A stretch of DNA of 64,000 nucleotides, taken from assembly GCF_009914755.1 (NCBI RefSeq), contig NC_060934.1, one strand, 5' to 3'. Shown piece after piece: positions 1 through 13,079 of the stretch. The number at the start of each line of letters is the position of its first letter. Within the stretch, counting starts at the first letter, position 1. The position numbers and the translations under genes are program-made. Under the pieces are notes generated by a model. That model searched no databases and had not been told where the DNA came from. It saw only the letters and a list, made by a program, of their open reading frames with translations. The stretch comes from the human T2T-CHM13v2.0 reference genome, Homo sapiens.

Positions 1-600
1 CTCATGCAAAGAGTTTCCAAACAGTTTTATTTGTGCCTACTTTAAAATATGAAAAAAAATCACCAGGTATCTGAAGAAACTCTCTAATAAATATAAAAGC
101 CAGAGATGAAGATAAAAAACAAACAAACTAAAAGAACTTGGAAAACAGACTATGAAAAACTATTACTAACATTTTCAAAGACATAAGGTATCAAAAAAGA
201 ACAAGATGGTACCACAAAAAGGAGAGAGAATTTTAAAAAGAGAGCTCCTGTAAATTCCTAGTCAATATGAACAATTCAATAGGAACAATAGAAAAAGTTG
301 AAAAAAAATTTCAGATGTGAAACAAAATGAAAGATGGAAAATTGAGAGAAGAGAATAATAAAAAAGCAATCTAGAAGCCCAAGATCTGAATAGCAGGAGT
401 TCAAGAAAATCCAAGAAAAAAACAAACAAAGATTTAGAAATATTTTAAATCTAAAAAGAGAAAATTTAAAAAAATTATCAGAACTAAAGGAGACATGAGT
501 TGGCAGACTGAAAGTTCATCAAATGTCCAAAAACAATGGCTGAAAGTACACTTTCTGTTATTACCATTCCACACTAATTAATTTTTTTAAAAAGGATAAG
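1..600 (+). mobile_element. Ancient L1M fragment (ORF1-region-like)
   Basis: Very A/G-rich degenerate sequence resembling old L1 ORF1 (e.g. ctgaatagcaggagttcaagaa, gacatgagttggcagactgaaag); boundaries approximate. Confidence 0.5.
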
Positions 601-1181
601 AAGATCTTGAAGAATGCTCCAGCCCCATCCTGCTTTTCACTTTCTGGTTGTACTTCCCTCCATCTCACCCCAACCAGAAGGGCTAGTCTCCATCCTTGAC
701 CTTCCTTATTAGGACTTTTGTCCCTAACCAGAAGAGCTACTGAGGACCTAAAGCACAAGGACAATGTTCCTGATATCCAAAAGTAGAGTTTTGATTGTAC
801 TTCCAATCACAACCTTGTAATGGGCAATAGTGCCTCCTTAACACTAAAGAAGTGATGAGAACAATAACACCATAAACTTTACATACATGTTATGTAAAAT
901 AATCGTTCCCTCCAGCTTTTCTAAGGCAATTCAGATTTCAAACATATTTTTCCCTTCTCTCATACACCATCAAAATGTCCTAGAGGATGCAATATTTCAG
1001 TTTCTAAATGACTTCTCTCTTAGCATGTTTCTGCTACCCAGTAGTAGTTACAAATTCTTGATCAGATATGTGCTGACGATTTTTACTCAGAAGCATGGCC
1101 ACTATAAATAACCTGAGGACTTTGGAAGGCTGACTGGGGCACCCAGTCACCACGCCTAACAAAGATAATCAAAAGCAACTA

Positions 1182-1478
1182 GGCTGAGCATGGTGGCTCA
1201 CACCTGTAATCCCAGCACTTTAGGAGGCCAAGGCAGGCAGATCACCTGAGGTCAGGAGCTCAAGACCAGCCTGGCCAACATGGCGAAACCCCATTTCTAC
1301 TAAAAATACAAAAATTAGCCAGGCATGGTGGAGCATGTAGTCCCAGCTACTCAGGACGTTGAGAATCTCTTGAACCCGGGAGGTGGAGATTGCAGTGAGC
1401 CGAGGTCGTGCTACTGCACTCCAGCCTGGGCGACGGAGTGAGACTCCATCTCACCAAAAAAAAAAAAAAAAAAAAAAA
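1182..1478 (+). mobile_element. AluS (Sx-like) full length
   Basis: Alu dimer with poly(A); TSD aaaagcaacta at 1171-1181 and 1475-1485. Confidence 0.95.
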
Positions 1479-1612
1479 GCAACTAATTTAAAGTATGTTT
1501 TTGGTTTTTAAGTTGGAGACTTTCTAGTGTTGGTAACAAATTGATAGGCTGAAAGAAAAGAACACAATTTCTTGATTAATATAACATATTCTAAAAACTA
1601 ACTATACTGAAG

Positions 1613-2169
1613 TTTTTTTTAAAATTTTATTTTACTTTAAGTTACAAGATACACGTGCAGAGCATGCAGGTTTGTTACGTAAGTATACATGTGCCATGGT
1701 GGTCTGCGGTACCTATTAACCCATCATCTAGGTTTTAAGTACCACATGCATTTGTTATTTGTCCTAATGCTCTCTCTCCTCTTGCCCCCATACCCCCGAC
1801 AGGCCCCGCTGTGTGTTGTTCCCCTCCCTGTGTCCATGTGTTCTCCTTGTTCGACTCCCACTTATGAGTGAGAAGATGAGGTATTTGGTTTTCTGTTCCT
1901 GTGTTAGTTTGCTGAGGACGATTACTTCCAGCTTCATCCACGTCCCTGCAAAGACATGATCTAATTCCTTATTATGGCTGCATAGTATTCCATGGTATAT
2001 ATGTACTACATTTTCTTTATCCAGTCTATCATTGATGGGCATTTGGGTTGGTTCCATGTCTTTGCTATTGTAAATGGTACTGCAATAAACATGTGTGCAT
2101 GTGTCTTTATACTAGAATGATTTATATTCCTTTGGGTATATACCCAGTAATATACTGGGTCAAATGGTA
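1613..2169 (-). mobile_element. L1PA8-like 3' end (non-inverted part of a twin-primed L1)
   Basis: Antisense L1 3'UTR and ORF2 C-terminus, T-tract at left; putative TSD tgaagtt at 1608-1614 and 3308-3314. Confidence 0.9.
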
Positions 2170-2243
2170 AAATATGCTGGGTCAAATGGTGTAAGTAATA
2201 TGTTGGGTCAAAAGGTGTAAGTAATATGTTGGGTCAAATGGTG
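2146..2243. repeat. Tandem repeat, 4 x ~24-26 bp (agtaatatgYtgggtcaaatggtgta)
   Basis: Units at 2146, 2170, 2194 and 2220; derived from the adjacent antisense L1 sequence. Confidence 0.9.
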
Positions 2244-3309
2244 AAAAGCAACTGCAATAAAAGCCAAAATTGATGAATGGGATCTGATTAAACTAAAGAG
2301 TTTCTCCACAGCAAAAGAAACTATCATCAGAGTGAACAGGCAACCTACAGAATGGGAGAAAATTTTTGCAATCTACCCATCTGACAAAGGTCTAATATCC
2401 AGAATCTACAAGGAACTTAAACAAATTTATAAGAAAAAAAAATCCCATCAAAAAGTGGGCAAAGCAGTTAGAGTGGCGATCATTAAAAAGTCAGAAAACA
2501 ATAGATGCTGGAGAGGTTGTGGAAAAATATAAACGCTTTTACACTGTTGGTGGAAGTGTAAATTAGTTCAACCATTGTGGAACACAGTGTGGTGATTCCT
2601 CAAGGATCTAGAACTAGAAATGCCATTTGACCCAGCAATCCCATTACTGGGCATATACCCAAAGGATTATAAATCATTCTACGATAAAGACACATGCACA
2701 CGTATGTTTATTGTGGCACTATTCACAATAGCAAAGACTTGGAACCAACCCAAATGTCCAACAATGATAGACTACATTAAGAAAATGTGGCACATATACA
2801 CCATGGCAAACTATGCAGCCATAAAAAAGGATGAGTTCATGTCCTTTGCAGGGACATGGATAAAGCTGGAAACGATCATTCTCAGCAAACTATCAGAAGA
2901 TCAGAAAACTAAACACCATGTGTTCTCACTCATAAGTGAGAGTTGAACAATGAGAACACATGGACACAGGGAGGGGAACATCACACACCGGAGCCTGTTG
3001 GAGGGTGGGGGGCTAGGGGAGGGATAACATTAGGAGAAATATCTAATGTAGGTGATGGGTTGATGGGTGCAGCAAACCACCATGACATGTGTATACATAC
3101 CTATGTAACAAAACTGCACGTTCTGCACATGTAACCCAGATCTTGAAGTATAATTTTTAAAAAAGTGGGCAAAGGATATGAACAGACACTTCTCAAAAGA
3201 AGATATCTATGCAGCCAATAAACATATGAAAAAAAGCTCAACATCACTGATCATTGGAGAAATGCAAACCAAAACCATAATGAGATACCATCTCATGCCA
3301 GTCAGAATG
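2244..3309 (+). mobile_element. Inverted L1 ORF2 segment (2244-2464 plus 3175-3309), interrupted by a nested L1
   Basis: ORF2 peptide [28 protein letters not shown]; the L1 sequence resumes exactly after the second TSD copy (gatatgaacagacac). Confidence 0.88.
2465..3159 (+). mobile_element. 5'-truncated L1PA7-like element nested in an older L1
   Basis: ORF2 C-terminus PFDPAIPLLGIYPKDYKS...QKTKH plus 3'UTR; 15-bp TSD aaaaagtgggcaaag at 2450-2464 and 3160-3174. Confidence 0.92.
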
Positions 3310-3695
3310 AAGTTAAGTTTTGCAGTCCACTGAGGATTATAAATTCTCATTAGCTGGGTAACCAATGGTTTTCCATTTCACTGAGAAAAAGTCTACCAAA
3401 GTATGCTTATAAAAATAAATTGGAGTGACTGAGGTAAAAAGCCTAATTTAAGGAACACAACCCTAGGGACTAACATCAAGTTTCAAAATTAGCAACAACT
3501 CACAGGCCCAGATAGGAGAAATCAAGTTCAAGTCTACCTCCCAAAATAAATTTCTAATACTTATTTAGATAGCTACAAAAGATCAAACTATTTTCAGACT
3601 AGAGAACATGCAAAGGGATAAATTCTAAATTCATGGCGCTTAAATGTATATCCTTTGAGCATTCCTCGCCATGACAGCACCACTTGCGTGCCCAC

Positions 3696-3746
3696 CATGT
3701 TCTTTGCTCCCATATATGGTTCTCCCTGTCTCCTTCTGCTGGTCTC
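3696..3746 (-). other. Candidate 51-nt internal exon (unverified)
   Basis: Minus-strand acceptor with a T-rich tract ending acctccag|GAG, purine-rich body, weak donor ATG|gtgggc. Confidence 0.2.
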
Positions 3747-4467
3747 CTGGAGGTAAAAAAAGAATCAAAAGATTTTAAGAAAAGCACATGTAGATCTCTA
3801 CCTAGATCTCCACACCAGTCCCTACCCTTAATGCATTAAGGTTTTCTTTTCCTGACAGCAATTACGTTAATTCTTTGAAAACAAATATCCATCAATCAAT
3901 TCATTACATCCTTTCCACTCACCGCTGACTGTGACTTCTTGCTTCTAACTAAGATGTGCTAATTTCCCAAACTTCCAGGTCCCACTTTCACTGAGCTTCT
4001 CTATTAACTAACTGCTGGTTAAAAGCACCAAAGTTTGGCTCCCTAGAGGATAATCCTTATCCATGAAGTAGGTCACCACTGGATCACAGGATCAGGTTGT
4101 AAAGTGACCACAGCTCTAGTTTTGGACTAAGGTAAAATACCACCAGGGGGCAACGCAAAGTCTGTGAAATTACACACTCATCCCAGTGCCCTTCTCAAGT
4201 TATACAGCATCTTAGAGATAGCTTCCAATAGATGTCCTGGGACCAAGTGACAAAACTATGTAATGGAATTGCAAGAACTAGAACCCCTGTTTTCTGAGCC
4301 ATCAACTGATGTGCTCTCCTCTATATCCATGTGATTTTAATGTGCATTTAGTGACTCTACAATTAGTTGTTTCCATAGTTTTTCATGCAAACATACTGCA
4401 TATCTAAGCTATCTTGCAGTCATACAAGACCATATCTAGGACACTTCAAAGAAATACAAAAGCTTAA

Positions 4468-4855
<388 letters not shown>

Positions 4856-5415
4856 AATACTAAATTTTAATGAGCTTTCTTCTCTCACTTCCATAACTAT
4901 AATTCAACATAACAAAACTAGAGCCTTGCAATTAATCAATGACCACTGAACTGTAAAGAAATTATATAAATTATGTAAGTTTTCAAATTAGTTAACCAAA
5001 GGCATTATAAAACAATTTGTAAAATAGATAAAAGATTTGAACAAACACGGCCAAGGCTATTTTGCATTAGGTCAAATAAATACTTTACTCTTAGAAAGCC
5101 TTGATTATATATTACTGTGGAATGTTACACTTAAAGAACCAAGGTTCAAAATAAGTTATACATAAAAGTGTTCACAAGTTCACAAGCATTTATGAAGTCT
5201 CCAACATTAACGTATATATAACATCAAACATATGAACCATAGCTTTCAATAAATTATGATTAAAAACCTGTAGACAAAATACTCCATAAACAAGCCTAAA
5301 AGATAAATGACAACAGGGGACAGAATATTTAAAAAATCCATCATACACTGTAAATATGAAGAGCAGATATTTTCTTAAAAATCTGATAAGAAAAAGACTT
5401 TACACAAAGATTACA

Positions 5416-5778
<363 letters not shown>

Positions 5779-5974
5779 TCAACAAATGTGGAGGAAAAAA
5801 GTTCAATCTCACTAGTTACAAAAAAATGAAAGACATATTAAAACAACAGCAAGATGCCATTCTTTAGCTATCAAGATGGCAAAGATGAAAAAGGGCTGCA
5901 CTGAAAAGAACCAGTTTCAACAAAGATCCAAGTTCTGCCAATTCTACCTCTTAAGTATATCATAAATCCATCTA

Positions 5975-7480
5975 CAGTCATGTGTCACTTCACGACGAGA
6001 TACCTTCTAAGAAATGCATCATTAGGTGATTTTGTCATGGTGTGAACATCACAGAAAATGTATCTGGACAAACCTAGATGGTGTAACCTATTACATACCT
6101 AGGCTGTATGGTATAGCCTATTGCTTCTAGATTAAAAACTTGTACAGCATTCTACTGTACTGATTATTGTAAGCAACTGTAACATAATGGTAAGCTTTGT
6201 GTATCTAAATGCAGAAAAGGTACTGTAAAAATATGGTATAAATAATAAAAATTGGACACCTATAAAGGGCACTTACCATGAATGGAGCTCGCAGGACTGG
6301 AAGTTGCTCTGGGTGAGTCAGTGAGTAAAGTGGTGGGTGAGTATGAAGGCCTAGGACATTACTGTACACTACTGCAGACTGTCAACACTGCACACTTAGG
6401 GTACACTGAATTTATTTAAAAGTTTTTCTTTCTTCAATAATAAATTAACTTTATCTTACTGTAACATTTTACCTTATAAATTTTCTAATTTTTAAAATGT
6501 TTTGACTCCTTTGTAATAACACTTAGCTTAAAACACAAACGCATTATACAGCTGTATAAAAACATTTTCTTTATATCCTTATTCTATAGGCTTTTTTCTA
6601 TTTTTTAAATTTTAATTTTTTTTTTACTTAAAAAATTTTTTTTTTTTAAACAAAGACACAAGCCAGGCATGGTGGCTCACACCTGTAATCTCAGCACTTT
6701 GGGAGCCTGAGGTGGGCTGATCATGAGGTCAAGAGATTGAGACCAGCCTGGCCAACATGGTGAAACCCTGTCTCTACTAAAAATACAAAAATTAGCTGGG
6801 TGTGGTGGTGCATGCCTGTAATCCCAGCTACTCAGGAGTCTGAGGCAGGAGAATCACTTGAACCCAGGAGGCAACGTTTGCAGTGAGCCGAGATCGTGCC
6901 ACTGTACTCCAGTCTGGCGACAGAGCGAGACTCCATCTCAATAAAAAAAAAAAAAAAGACACAAACATACACATTAGCCTAGGCCTGCACAGGGTCAGGA
7001 TCATCAATATTACTGTTTTCCACCTTCCACATCTTGTCCCACCAGAAGGTCTTCGGGGCAATAACATGCATGAAGCTGTCATCTCCTGTGATAATGATGC
7101 CTTCCGGAATTCCTCCTGAAGGACTTGCTTTATAGTTAACTTTTTAAAATACATAAGTAGAAGGAGCACATTCTAAAATAATGATAAAAGGTACACCATA
7201 GCAAATACATAAACCATTAACAGAGCCAAATACTATCATTATCAAGTGTTATGTAAGGTACATAATTATATATGCTATGCTTTTATACGGATGGCAGTGC
7301 AGTAGGTTTGTTTAGACCAGCATCATCACAAATGTGAGTAATGTGTTGCACTAGGATGTTAGGACAGCTATTACACCAGTAGGCTATATAGGTTTTTTCA
7401 TCTGTGTTATAATCATTTGGGACCACCATTGTACAGATAATTTGTCATTGACCAAAATGTCGTTATGCCACGCATGACTC
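5975..7480 (-). mobile_element. Tigger3b/MER7-type non-autonomous DNA transposon, interrupted by an Alu
   Basis: TA then TIR cagtcatgtgtcac... at left and ...gttatgccacgcatgact at right; internal Tigger3-like text; inserted in an L2. Confidence 0.85.
6662..6957 (+). mobile_element. AluS inside Tigger3b
   Basis: Alu dimer; TSD aaagacacaa. Confidence 0.95.
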
Positions 7481-8390
7481 TCCTTTCCATTGTAACCACC
7501 ATGGTTCAGGTGGCATTACATTTCATCAGAATTACTGCCAAAGCTTCCTCAATACTGCTCCCGTACACACCCTATCCCATCCAAACCCAAACTGCACAAG
7601 GCAGCAAGAGAACTTTTAAAACTGTGTAATTCTCATCTTTGAATTATTGCAGTAACTTCCCACTGTTCTTAAAATAAAACCCACACTTCATTATTTCATA
7701 TTGTACAAGACCATTCCTGCCTTTGTATGGTGGAGTTCTACAACTGCACACTATACTTCAATTACTTTGGACTACTTGTAGTTCCTACCTCACAGACTTT
7801 GAACATGCTATTGTCTCCACCTAGAACACCTCCACCCTATGTTTCACATGATGGGCTTCCAGTCAATATTCAGGCCTCCACTCCCATGTCGTCTCTTCAA
7901 ATAAGCCTTCTCTGAGCATCCTCTCTGACTTAGTACATTCTGTGCTGCTGTAACAGAATTGAAGGCTAGGAAGTTCAATCTCAAGGGACTGGCATCTAGT
8001 GAGGGCCCTCTTGCTACGTCATCCCATGGTGGAAGGCAAAAGGGCAAAGAGGGGGTGAGCTCATCCTTTTATATAAGGGAACCATTCCTGTGATAATGGC
8101 ATTAATCCATTCATGAAGGAAGAGCCCTCCTGTTTGAACCACTTCTTAAAGGTCACACCTCAGAACACATTGCATTCAGGATTAAGTTTCCAACACGTGA
8201 ACTCTGGGGAACACATTCAAACCACCGCACTCTTATCTATATAATCTTACTTGCTGAATGTCTTTCTGCCTTACCAGAATCAAAGCTCCATAAGGGAAGG
8301 TCCCTTGGTTGTATTTTTCATTATTGTATTCCCAGGAGCTAGCACGGTGCCCGGCACATGCTAGGCAGTCAATATAAATACGTTTCATGA
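7481..8390 (+). mobile_element. L2 3' region (interrupted by an MST LTR)
   Basis: L2-like text ending gcacggtgcccggcacatgctaggcagtcaatataaatacg; continues the fragment at ~5925-5974. Confidence 0.7.
7926..8229 (-). mobile_element. MST (MSTD-like) MaLR solo LTR with an internal deletion
   Basis: TG...CA termini, ...acacattcaaaccaccgca end; 5-bp TSD ctctc/ctctt. Confidence 0.8.
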
Positions 8391-8610
8391 ACAACAAAAA
8401 GCGAATACTAGAGAAAGAAGGTGGCCAACTACGTTTGATCATAACATACTTATTAAATCTAGATTCTTCACAGTATGAGACCTATTATATTAACTTCCTT
8501 AAAACTTACTTTTCCCCAAATATAAAAAAGAACAAACCTATAAACTGGAGATTTCATCAAAGAAAATTAATTTTTAAAAATAAGTAATCTCTTAAAAAAC
8601 ACAGCTAATA

Positions 8611-8908
8611 GGCCGGGCACACGGTGGCTCACGCCTGTAATCCCAGCACTTTGGGAGGCCGGGGAGGGTGGATCACGAGGTCAGGAGATCAAGACCATCC
8701 TGGCTAACATGGTGAAACGCCATCTCTACGAAAAATATAAAAAATTAGCCGGGTATGGTGGCAGACGCCTGTAGTCCCAGCTACTCGGAGGCTGAGGCAG
8801 GAGAAAGGCGTGAACCCAGGAGGTGGAGCTTGCAGTGAGCCCAGATCATGCCACTGCACTCCAGCCCGGGTGACAGAGCAAGACTCTGTCTCAAAAAAAA
8901 ACAAAAAA
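8611..8908 (+). mobile_element. AluY
   Basis: Y diagnostics (gaccatcctggctaac, ggcgtgaacc, gagcttgcag); TSD aaaaaacacagctaa. Confidence 0.95.
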
Positions 8909-10369
8909 CACACACAGCTAAGATTTTTACATGGGAAAGTATATACCTCCTTTAATCATACCATTTCTTTTTGAGATTTGCTCAAGGAGGAGAAAAAATC
9001 AGTGAGCCCTACTGGCCTTGGTAAAAAATTTCTTAAATATATAAAGGGAATCAGTCAACCTTAAGAGAAGGTCCAGAGAGGTTCCTAATTTTTTTATTCT
9101 TTGCTATAAGAAAAGGAAACTTAAATCCAAAGTCAATGCTATAATATAAAAAAAATATTCAAAACATTATTTCACATTTGTACAATGATAAAATAGTTGA
9201 CTTTTTTCTTCAGATTGTATATATAGCCATCTTCCACATAAAATTTAGCCTTCATTCTTTTCAAAGCTATCAAAATCCTCCTCAGCAGTATATTTAATCA
9301 GATTTCTAAGGGTATCATCATAGGAAATACAACCTAAACACAGGCCCTTATAGATGTTTCCCAAAAGCTTTTGAAAGTATGATAATTTCCACATCCTTTA
9401 CAGATGAGTTGTTCATTAATTTGTATGAGCAACTGAGACACTGGTAGGAATAATAAGATAATACAGGCACATCTGAGCAACACAGTATCAGGATGGCATG
9501 TCCTTAATTATTCCTTCCCAAACAGGTCCTACGCACTAAAATAGAACTGCAGGCATCACTGTCCTAAGTTGTCTTAACGCCCTGATCATGGAATGTTCAA
9601 TTTTTCAAAATTCTGGATGCATTAATACCCAAACCATTTGATGAAAAGTCAGTTTCATATATGATGAGAGCATTATGTGATCATAACCTGAGACAGTGGC
9701 ATGGCTCATTAAAAGCTTTTCAAGATTTTGTCAAATGATCTAAAGATGTAAACTGTAAGATCAAACAATTTAACTTTCAAATGTCACAGGTTACTTCAGT
9801 ATAAAAGACAAATAAGGAACAAGGAAAAATACGGATTTAATTTGTAAAAGAACAAAACGTCAGTCATAAAGATAAAAACTGGAAAAATGACTAAGAGCGG
9901 CAATTATGTATTAATACCACATTGGGAGAAAAAGATTCTGTCAGTACAAGAGGTAAAAATCTAGCACCTAGAAATACCCAACAATGGCTTCTAAAATTAT
10001 TTCTGGAAACTACTTTCTTACCATAAAATAACCATTAGCAGTCCCATAGGTATCTATTCCACATCTTGACCATGTGCTACTCCTATGGTAGAGGAGTCAA
10101 ACTATCCACATAATATTAAGAAGCTAAGTACACATTATATAGACATCCTGTTCATTATAAGAATTTGATCAGCATTCAGAGAACAGATTATGAAAGCACT
10201 CTGGCAAAGGCATAGCCACATCAATTGCACTGAAGACACAGCTGAAATTTATCTTCTATTTATAAACCTAATGAGCTTTTCTCTTTGGCACAAAGCAGGC
10301 CAGCACTAAGCAGCTAATGACTGATTATATTAATATATATTTACAAAAGCCAAATCACTGAATCAAAAT

Positions 10370-11130
10370 AAAATCAAACATTTACTAAGCACCTACTATG
10401 CACAAAGCATTGTCCTGGGCATTCAGTGAACCACAAAGAAACATACACCATGGTTGCTGCCTAACTAGGTTAAAACGTCCAAAACCAAATTCCTGCTCTT
10501 CTCCTCCAAGCCAACTCCTCCTGCATGCCTTCTTCAGCTTAGTAAATTGCAATTCCATTCTGTCATTTGCTCTGGCAAAGACTCCCAGCTGGTGAGTACA
10601 TATGAGAGTGCACTCTCTCCAATCTGTGCTCCCCCCACCCCCACCCCCATTATCTAATCTATTAGAGCAATCCTATCAGCTTTATCTTCCAAATATATCC
10701 AGAAACCAATCACCTCTAACACTGTGTGGTCTGTTTCTACCCTTGCCTCTTTAAAATCACTTCTATGCTCAAAACCCTTTGTGCTGGATCTCACTCCAAG
10801 TAAAAAAACCAAACCTCTTTCTTACTAGGCTCCATAAGGTCCCAAGTGATCTGGTTCCTGCTACCTTCCTGACCTCATCCTCTTCCCTCCTCTTAAGAAT
10901 CCTCACTCATCCAGCCTCTCCCCACTTGCCCATTCTCACTTCAACCACTCTGGCCACTGTTTCTCTAATATGCCTACTATGCTCTACCTGAGTCTTTGCA
11001 CTTGAGGGCCCTTCTTCTGGAATATTCTTCCCCAGATATCCTCATAGCTCACTCCTTTGCCTACTTCAAGCCTCTGTTCAAATATCCTTAATATCAACTG
11101 AATGTCCCTTGACCACAACCTTTCATACTC
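10370..11130. mobile_element. L2 fragments
   Basis: L2-like pyrimidine-rich text (aattgcaattccattc, atatatccagaa, ctggaatattcttccccagatatc) and an antisense L2 3' end at ~10375-10430. Confidence 0.65.
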
Positions 11131-12071
11131 TGTATTTTACTTGTTTAATGCCTTCGCAGCCCGAGGCAGGTGAAAAGTAAGATAATCTAGGATTGAGGAT
11201 GGGGATAACAGAATTTGCAGAACTCAGGACAGAGGGAACAAGAAATTCTAGGGCTGTGGTCAAGACTATTAAAAAAACTGTGACCACAGGTTAGGTTAGG
11301 GAGCCTGGGCAACCAAGCAGAAAGAAGTAAGGAAGTGGGATTAGGTAATTTCCTGGAGCTTGAAAGGAGAACAGGTTTGGTGGCTGTCTTGAGGGACTGG
11401 TGATGACTACAACATAAGAGGTGGGAAGGCAGACAAGGTAGAGATTTCTGGGCTAGAACAACCTAAGAGACAAAAAGATTTAAGGGTGTGACTGGTGCTT
11501 GTTAGTCTAGTCACAGAACATTGAGCACATGGATTTGTAAAATGGGTCATGGTTGAGAACACAGAAGGCATCAAACTTGATGTAGAGAGGAGGAATTTTT
11601 AAGAGTCAGGCATTACCTTGTAGCAGGCATGGCTCATGATAGCTATCAACTGGAGTGGATTCAAATAAAGACAGGGGGTGAGAGCACTGTAATTTATTAG
11701 TTGGCCAAGGCACAAATCTTGAGAAGGAGGGTTTGGCCACCATGGGAGAAATGATCAGGGGACAAGCTGTTTTGCAGAGTGGGACACATTTCTTTCAAGA
11801 CAGAATGGAAGAGAGAGGAGTCAGGTGGTATCAGATTGAGAAGGGCTTGTCCTTGTAGCTTCACAGCCTGGCTGAAGTTCCACACAGACGTGAAAGATCG
11901 GAAGTAGTATAGATGGCAGAAGGCAAACACTAGTGTGCCCAGATTAAATTATTTGATCACATGTGGAAGTGTACAGACCTCAAAACAGCAAAGCATACAA
12001 GATGTATGTAAAGACTTAGAATGATATGAAAATAAAAATAACCCTTTTTTCCCTAACTAGTTTTCCTCACA

Positions 12072-12195
12072 TTTTTTTAAGAGATGGGGTCTCACTATGA
12101 TGTCCAGGCTAGACTCAAACTCCTGGATTCAAGCAATTCTCCTGCCTCAGCCTCCGGAGTAGCTAAGACTACAAGTGAGTACTACTGCAGCCGGC
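12072..12195 (-). mobile_element. Free left Alu monomer (FLAM_A-like)
   Basis: ~125-bp antisense monomer with T-tail. Confidence 0.8.
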
Positions 12196-12641
12196 ATTTG
12201 TTTATTTTTACTTTTTTACTCTTATAAGTCAAAGGTTTGGTCTCATGCTTTTATTTCTTCTAATTAAAAGGTAGATTTGCTGGGCAAAATCCAAGAAATG
12301 CAAAACAAATTTGTTTTTAAGAGGTGAAAGCACTTTCACATGGCAGTTAACAATGTACCACAAGCCATGTCTTCAGAGGGGGGTATGTTCGCTGTGGTGT
12401 GGGGATAGAGGATATACACTAAAATGCACAAAAGACCACAAACAGAAATACAGGATTTTTGTTTTGAAGTGAATTACCTGTCACCAGTCCCTAAAGATGT
12501 GCCTTACTCTTGCTGGTTTCACCTTAACAGACATCTTCTTACAATTAGGAACCAGAGAGTCCCTCGACCTCCCGGCTGAGTTAGATAGGGCAACTGATTC
12601 TTTAAAGAGATTCCCCCAGATTCTATCAATGAGCATTTTTT

Positions 12642-13079
12642 TTAAATTATACTTTAAGTTCTAGGGTACATGTGCACAACGTGCAGATTTGTTACATATG
12701 TATACACGTGCCATGTTGGTGTGCTGCACCCATTAACTCATCATTTACATTAGGTATTTCTCCTAATGCTATCCCTCCCTGCTCCCCCAACCCCACGATA
12801 GGCCCCAGTGTGTGATGTTCCCCTTCCTGTGTTCAAGTGTTCTCATTGTTCAATTCCCACCTATGAGTGAGAACATGCGGTGTTTGGTTTTTTGGCCTTG
12901 CGATAGTTTGCTGAGAATGATGGTTTCCAGCTTCATCCATGTCCCTACAAAGGACATGAACTCATCTTTTCTTGTGGCTGCATAGTATTCCATGGTGTAT
13001 ATGTGCCACATTTTCTTAATCCAGTCTATCACTGATGGACATTTGGGTTGGTTCCAAGTCTTTGCTATTGTGAATAATG
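12642..13079 (-). mobile_element. 5'-truncated L1PA4/5-like 3' end
   Basis: ORF2 C-terminus LFTIAKTWNQPKCP...RMFSLIGGN; TSD tcaatg(a/g)gcatttttt at 12626-12641 and 13080-13095. Confidence 0.93.

Noticed and set aside
2146-2243. CRISPR-like array
   Set aside because: Units are contiguous with no unique spacers, are derived from L1 and lie in primate DNA; no cas genes
1689-3134. L1 ORF2-like ORFs (also at 12850, 27909, 61322 and 61492) as functional CDS
   Set aside because: Short, frameshifted 3' fragments of truncated L1s with no endonuclease/RT core
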